The position numbers and the translations under genes were made by a program. Source: an uncultured Clostridium sp. (GTDB lineage Bacteria > Bacillota > Clostridia > Lachnospirales > Lachnospiraceae). Taken from it: a stretch of 64,000 nucleotides of DNA. Location of the stretch: positions 25,143-89,142 of the forward strand of contig CAMYAO010000002.1 of NCBI GenBank assembly GCA_947253885.1, written 5' to 3'. Below are positions 60,989 through 64,000 of this stretch, in pieces. Below the pieces are notes generated by a model. That model saw nothing but the letters and a program-made list of their open reading frames with translations, ran no database searches and was not told where the DNA came from. Every line of letters begins with the position of its first letter. Within the stretch, counting starts at the first letter, position 1.

Positions 60989-62263
60989 CTACTTCATTCC
61001 ACGAATAATAGCGTTTGCCCTTTTATATACTTCTGCCGGATCAAATCCGATGTAAAACTTCTGATCTTCATATAAAATCCTTCCGTTTACCATAGTCATT
61101 TTGACATTCTGCTTGCTTCCACTATATACAAGATTCTTTACAATATTATTTTCCGGCTGCATATTCGGCTGCTTCAGATCGATCATGATTAAATCCGCTT
61201 TTTTCCCGACTTCCAAGCGGTCACAATCTGATAATCCCATTGCATGAGCACCGGCAGTTGTTGCCATATACAGTATTTTATCGGCACTTACGCACTCCGC
61301 ATCCTTTTCCCGTACCTTCGCCAAAGCAGAAGCTAAAAACATTTCCCGAAACATATCTAGACAATTGTTGCTTGCCGGTCCGTCCGTTCCGATTGCAACC
61401 GGTATCCCCTCTTGGGTAAATCGTTTTAACGGTGCAATTCCGCTTGCAAGCTTTAAATTAGATGCAGGGTTGGTTACAGCAAATAATTGTTTACTCCGAA
61501 ATATTTCAAAATCTTCCTCTTTAAAATGTACACAATGGTATCCTCCTCCACCGTATTCATACATTCCCAACTGATCGGTAAGCTGTGTCGGAGACATTCC
61601 ATATCGATCAAAACATTCTTTCACTTCTAATTCCGTTTCCGCATTATGCAAAAAGACAGGGGATTTCAGTTTCTGTGCCAAACCGGCGATTCCTTTCATC
61701 AATTCCATAGAAGTTGTATATTCCGCATGAAAGCCTATCATAAAAGAAGACAATTCGCTCATTTCATTTATTTTATGATAATTTTCTTCCACTAATTCAA
61801 TACTGCCTCCGAAATTATTCAGACCCGGAACCTGAACGGTACGAAATCCACAGTCAATGCTTGCCTGCGCATTTTCCGGCGGAAAAAAATACATGTCAAA
61901 ATTCGAAGTAATACCGGAAGTCAGATATTCCATAATACCCAAAACATCAAGATGGTACACATCTTCCGGTGTCAGCTGTCCCTCTTTCGGAAACACCTGA
62001 CGATATAGCCAATCCTGAAGCGGAAGATCATCTGCATAAGAACGAAGAAATGTCATCGCAGTATGTGTATGGGCATTCTTAAACCCGGGCATTAACAGAT
62101 TTCCTGCCGCATCCACTTCCCGATCCCATGCCTTCTCATTCTTCAGAGATTTGCCAATATAGGTAATTGAATTGCCTTCTACCCACAACTCTCCTTCTAT
62201 AATATGAAATGTCTGATCCTCTCCTGTCTGAAGAATCTTTGCATTATAAAAACGAATATCCAT
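60989..62263 (-). CDS. mtaD: Amidohydrolase of the MtaD/SAH-deaminase (chlorohydrolase) type
   Basis: Metal-binding NAHTHTAMTFLRSYADDL, HNAE..., IGTDG motifs typical of 5-methylthioadenosine/S-adenosylhomocysteine deaminases. Confidence 0.7.
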   Translation of the reverse strand: MDIRFYNAKILQTGEDQTFHIIEGELWVEGNSITYIGKSLKNEKAWDREVDAAGNLLMPGFKNAHTHTAMTFLRSYADDLPLQDWLYRQVFPKEGQLTPEDVYHLDVLGIMEYLTSGITSNFDMYFFPPENAQASIDCGFRTVQVPGLNNFGGSIELVEENYHKINEMSELSSFMIGFHAEYTTSMELMKGIAGLAQKLKSPVFLHNAETELEVKECFDRYGMSPTQLTDQLGMYEYGGGGYHCVHFKEEDFEIFRSKQLFAVTNPASNLKLASGIAPLKRFTQEGIPVAIGTDGPASNNCLDMFREMFLASALAKVREKDAECVSADKILYMATTAGAHAMGLSDCDRLEVGKKADLIMIDLKQPNMQPENNIVKNLVYSGSKQNVKMTMVNGRILYEDQKFYIGFDPAEVYKRANAIIRGMK

Positions 62264-62282
62264 TACTGTCTGCCTCCATCTT

Positions 62283-63122
62283 TTACAAATGAATCTCTGC
62301 CGCCAAGTTTACAATCGACTCTGTTACGAGCTGCTGAAATAACGGTGCCACCCGATCGGCGGTTTCCTGAATTTCAGCATGAGTTAACGGATTCGGAGAA
62401 ATACCCGCCGCCAGATTTGAAATACAGGAAATTCCACATACCTTCATTCCCATATGATTTGCCGCAAGGGCTTCGCATGCGGTACTCATTCCGACCGCAT
62501 CAGCTCCCAACACCTTAAACATTTGTATTTCTCGAGGACTTTCATAGTTCGGTCCGGATGTCTGCACATATACACCTTCTTTTAGAGGAATATCGCATTG
62601 TTGCGCTGTTTCTCTGATAATTTCCTGTAATTCCTTTCGGTATATGTCACTCATATCCGGAAAGCGAACCCCAAGTTCGTCTATATTCGGTCCGATCAAT
62701 GGAGACGGCACAAAATTAGAAATCTGATCCGTGATCATCATAAAATCACCTGCCTTCATGCCATTTGCGATCCCCCCTGATGCATTTGTCAAAAACAATA
62801 TTTCAGCTCCCAACATTCCCATCAGACGTGTCGGTAACACTACATCCGACATAGTATATCCTTCATAATAATGAACTCTTCCCTGCATCACAACAACCGG
62901 AACACCTTGAATATACCCGAAAATAAAACGCCCCTTATGACCCGGTACCGTGGAAATCGGAAATCCCTCTATTTCCCGATAATCAATTGTCTGTCTGATA
63001 TCGATCTGTTCTGCATAATCTCCCAATCCCGATCCCAAAATCAATGCAATTTTCGGCTTAAATGCAAGCCTTTTCTTCACACTTTCATAACAGCGTTTTA
63101 ATTTATCATATACTTCATTCAT
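62283..63122 (-). CDS. punA: Purine nucleoside phosphorylase (PNP family I, PunA-type)
   Basis: KIALILGSGLG, GHKGRFIFG, MSTACEA motifs of trimeric PNP. Confidence 0.8.
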   Translation of the reverse strand: MNEVYDKLKRCYESVKKRLAFKPKIALILGSGLGDYAEQIDIRQTIDYREIEGFPISTVPGHKGRFIFGYIQGVPVVVMQGRVHYYEGYTMSDVVLPTRLMGMLGAEILFLTNASGGIANGMKAGDFMMITDQISNFVPSPLIGPNIDELGVRFPDMSDIYRKELQEIIRETAQQCDIPLKEGVYVQTSGPNYESPREIQMFKVLGADAVGMSTACEALAANHMGMKVCGISCISNLAAGISPNPLTHAEIQETADRVAPLFQQLVTESIVNLAAEIHL

Positions 63123-63162
63123 CTTTCAGAAACTCCTATCGTGTTTTTTTTGCAATTATATT

Positions 63163-63191
63163 ATTATATCTAATTTTTAAGAATTTGTTAA
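63163..63191 (-). promoter_or_regulatory. Putative sigma-A promoter for punA (TTAACA-17-TATAAT on the minus strand)
   Basis: Complement of 63186-63191 = TTAACA, 17-nt spacer, complement of 63163-63168 = TATAAT; the -35 overlaps the LysR stop codon. Confidence 0.4.
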
Positions 63192-64000
63192 GACTCATTC
63201 ATTCCATCTTCACAATATTCCAGAAATCTCTCTGCCGCCATATTAGTACTGTTACTTTTCATAATGATGCAATAATTCTGGGGTTCTTTCTGAGGTAAAT
63301 CCATTATCAGATAGGATTCATCTTTTATCTCCTTTAAAAAAGCAGGTACTATCGCAACTCCATGCCCTGTTTTTACCATTAAAAGCTGTGCTCCCAGGCT
63401 ATTGGTCTGAAGCATATTCTCCGGTATAAACCCCAGATCTCTTCTTAATAATGATTCCAGCATCTGAATGGAACTCGGTCCGTTGTCCTCACAATTGGTT
63501 ACCAGATACTCGGATTTTAAAATATCCTCCACACTTCTCCCTTGATAGATCGGTTCTTTATCCTTAGAACAAAGTAAAATATTTTCACTCGAAAACAAGT
63601 TTGCCGTTCTGATATCGGAAGGCTGAAACTCTCGCTCACTCATATCCAGAGTAACAATCAGATCCAGCTCATCTGTCTTCAGTTTTTGAGTCAAGACACT
63701 GTACTCATACTGAAAAATATCTACTTTAATATCCGGATACAGTTGCAAAAACCTAGAAAAATATCGCTCTGTATTGGAATATTCATAAATACCGATTCCA
63801 ACTTTAATGTGTCCCAAGAACTTTTGATCTGCCGCCTTTGTTTTTTCTAAGAGTTCTTCATAATTCAGAACAATCTGTTCCATTCCTTTTGCAAATACTT
63901 TACCTGCTTCCGTCAATGCAACGCGTCTGGAACTGCGATCAAATAATTTCACTCCGATCTCCGCCTCAAGACTTGCAATATAACGACTCATCGCCGTCTG
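63188..64000 (-). CDS. LysR-family transcriptional regulator, C-terminal effector-binding domain (partial; the N-terminal HTH lies beyond the window end)
   Basis: The reading frame stays open to the window edge (...QTAMSRYIASLEAEIGVKLFDRSSRRVALTEAG..., the tail of a LysR HTH followed by the substrate-binding domain). Confidence 0.75.
   Translation of the reverse strand, partial: QTAMSRYIASLEAEIGVKLFDRSSRRVALTEAGKVFAKGMEQIVLNYEELLEKTKAADQKFLGHIKVGIGIYEYSNTERYFSRFLQLYPDIKVDIFQYEYSVLTQKLKTDELDLIVTLDMSEREFQPSDIRTANLFSSENILLCSKDKEPIYQGRSVEDILKSEYLVTNCEDNGPSSIQMLESLLRRDLGFIPENMLQTNSLGAQLLMVKTGHGVAIVPAFLKEIKDESYLIMDLPQKEPQNYCIIMKSNSTNMAAERFLEYCEDGMNES

Noticed and set aside
1-64000. CRISPR arrays, cas genes, transposases, integrases, phage or plasmid genes, tRNA/rRNA genes, toxin-antitoxin pairs
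   Set aside because: I looked for regularly spaced repeats, DDE/tyrosine-recombinase-like ORFs, tRNA-like cloverleaf motifs and small paired ORFs in all intergenic regions and found none. Every ORF of 150 aa or more is accounted for by a conserved housekeeping family, except for a few hypotheticals. The window looks like core chromosome, not an accessory island.

Overview
The window reads as a densely packed, core-genome stretch of a low-GC Firmicutes (Clostridia-like) chromosome. Nearly all of it is housekeeping genes, most on the minus strand, and intergenic space is small and filled by recognisable promoters, hairpin terminators and operator sites. The main blocks are: an arginine biosynthesis divergon (argC-GNAT-argJ-argB-argD opposite argG); glnS; a very large fused BadF/BcrA-type double activase plus dehydratase-like protein; htpG; an addB-addA-maf-small ORF-uracil permease operon; rho-rpmE-DUF1385-prmC-prfA; malic enzyme; plsY-gpsA-dut; der; PFOR; an ABC-F ATPase; ftsH; the rbgA-rnhB-yraN-pgeF cluster; lepB; rplS; recA-recX; prfC; deoB; rpsU; alaS-rnhA; and mtaD-punA with a LysR regulator. 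I found no CRISPR array, transposase, integrase, phage gene, toxin-antitoxin pair, rRNA or tRNA, and I could not identify an obviously novel multi-gene system; I say so plainly. The observations most worth a second look are: a perfect CIRCE (HrcA) operator in front of htpG; a perfect LexA (Cheo) box between the -10 element and the RBS of recA; a 1421-aa fused double-activase/dehydratase-like protein of unknown substrate; a polytopic membrane protein with a Zn-ribbon tail that is translationally coupled to glnS behind a consensus promoter; a GNAT gene embedded in the arg operon; and maf, an 81-87 aa acidic ORF and a nucleobase permease hitch-hiking on the addAB operon. rpsU falls below the ORF-track size cut-off and is annotated by hand. 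All calls rest on reading the sequence and on family-level motif recognition; no database search was run.
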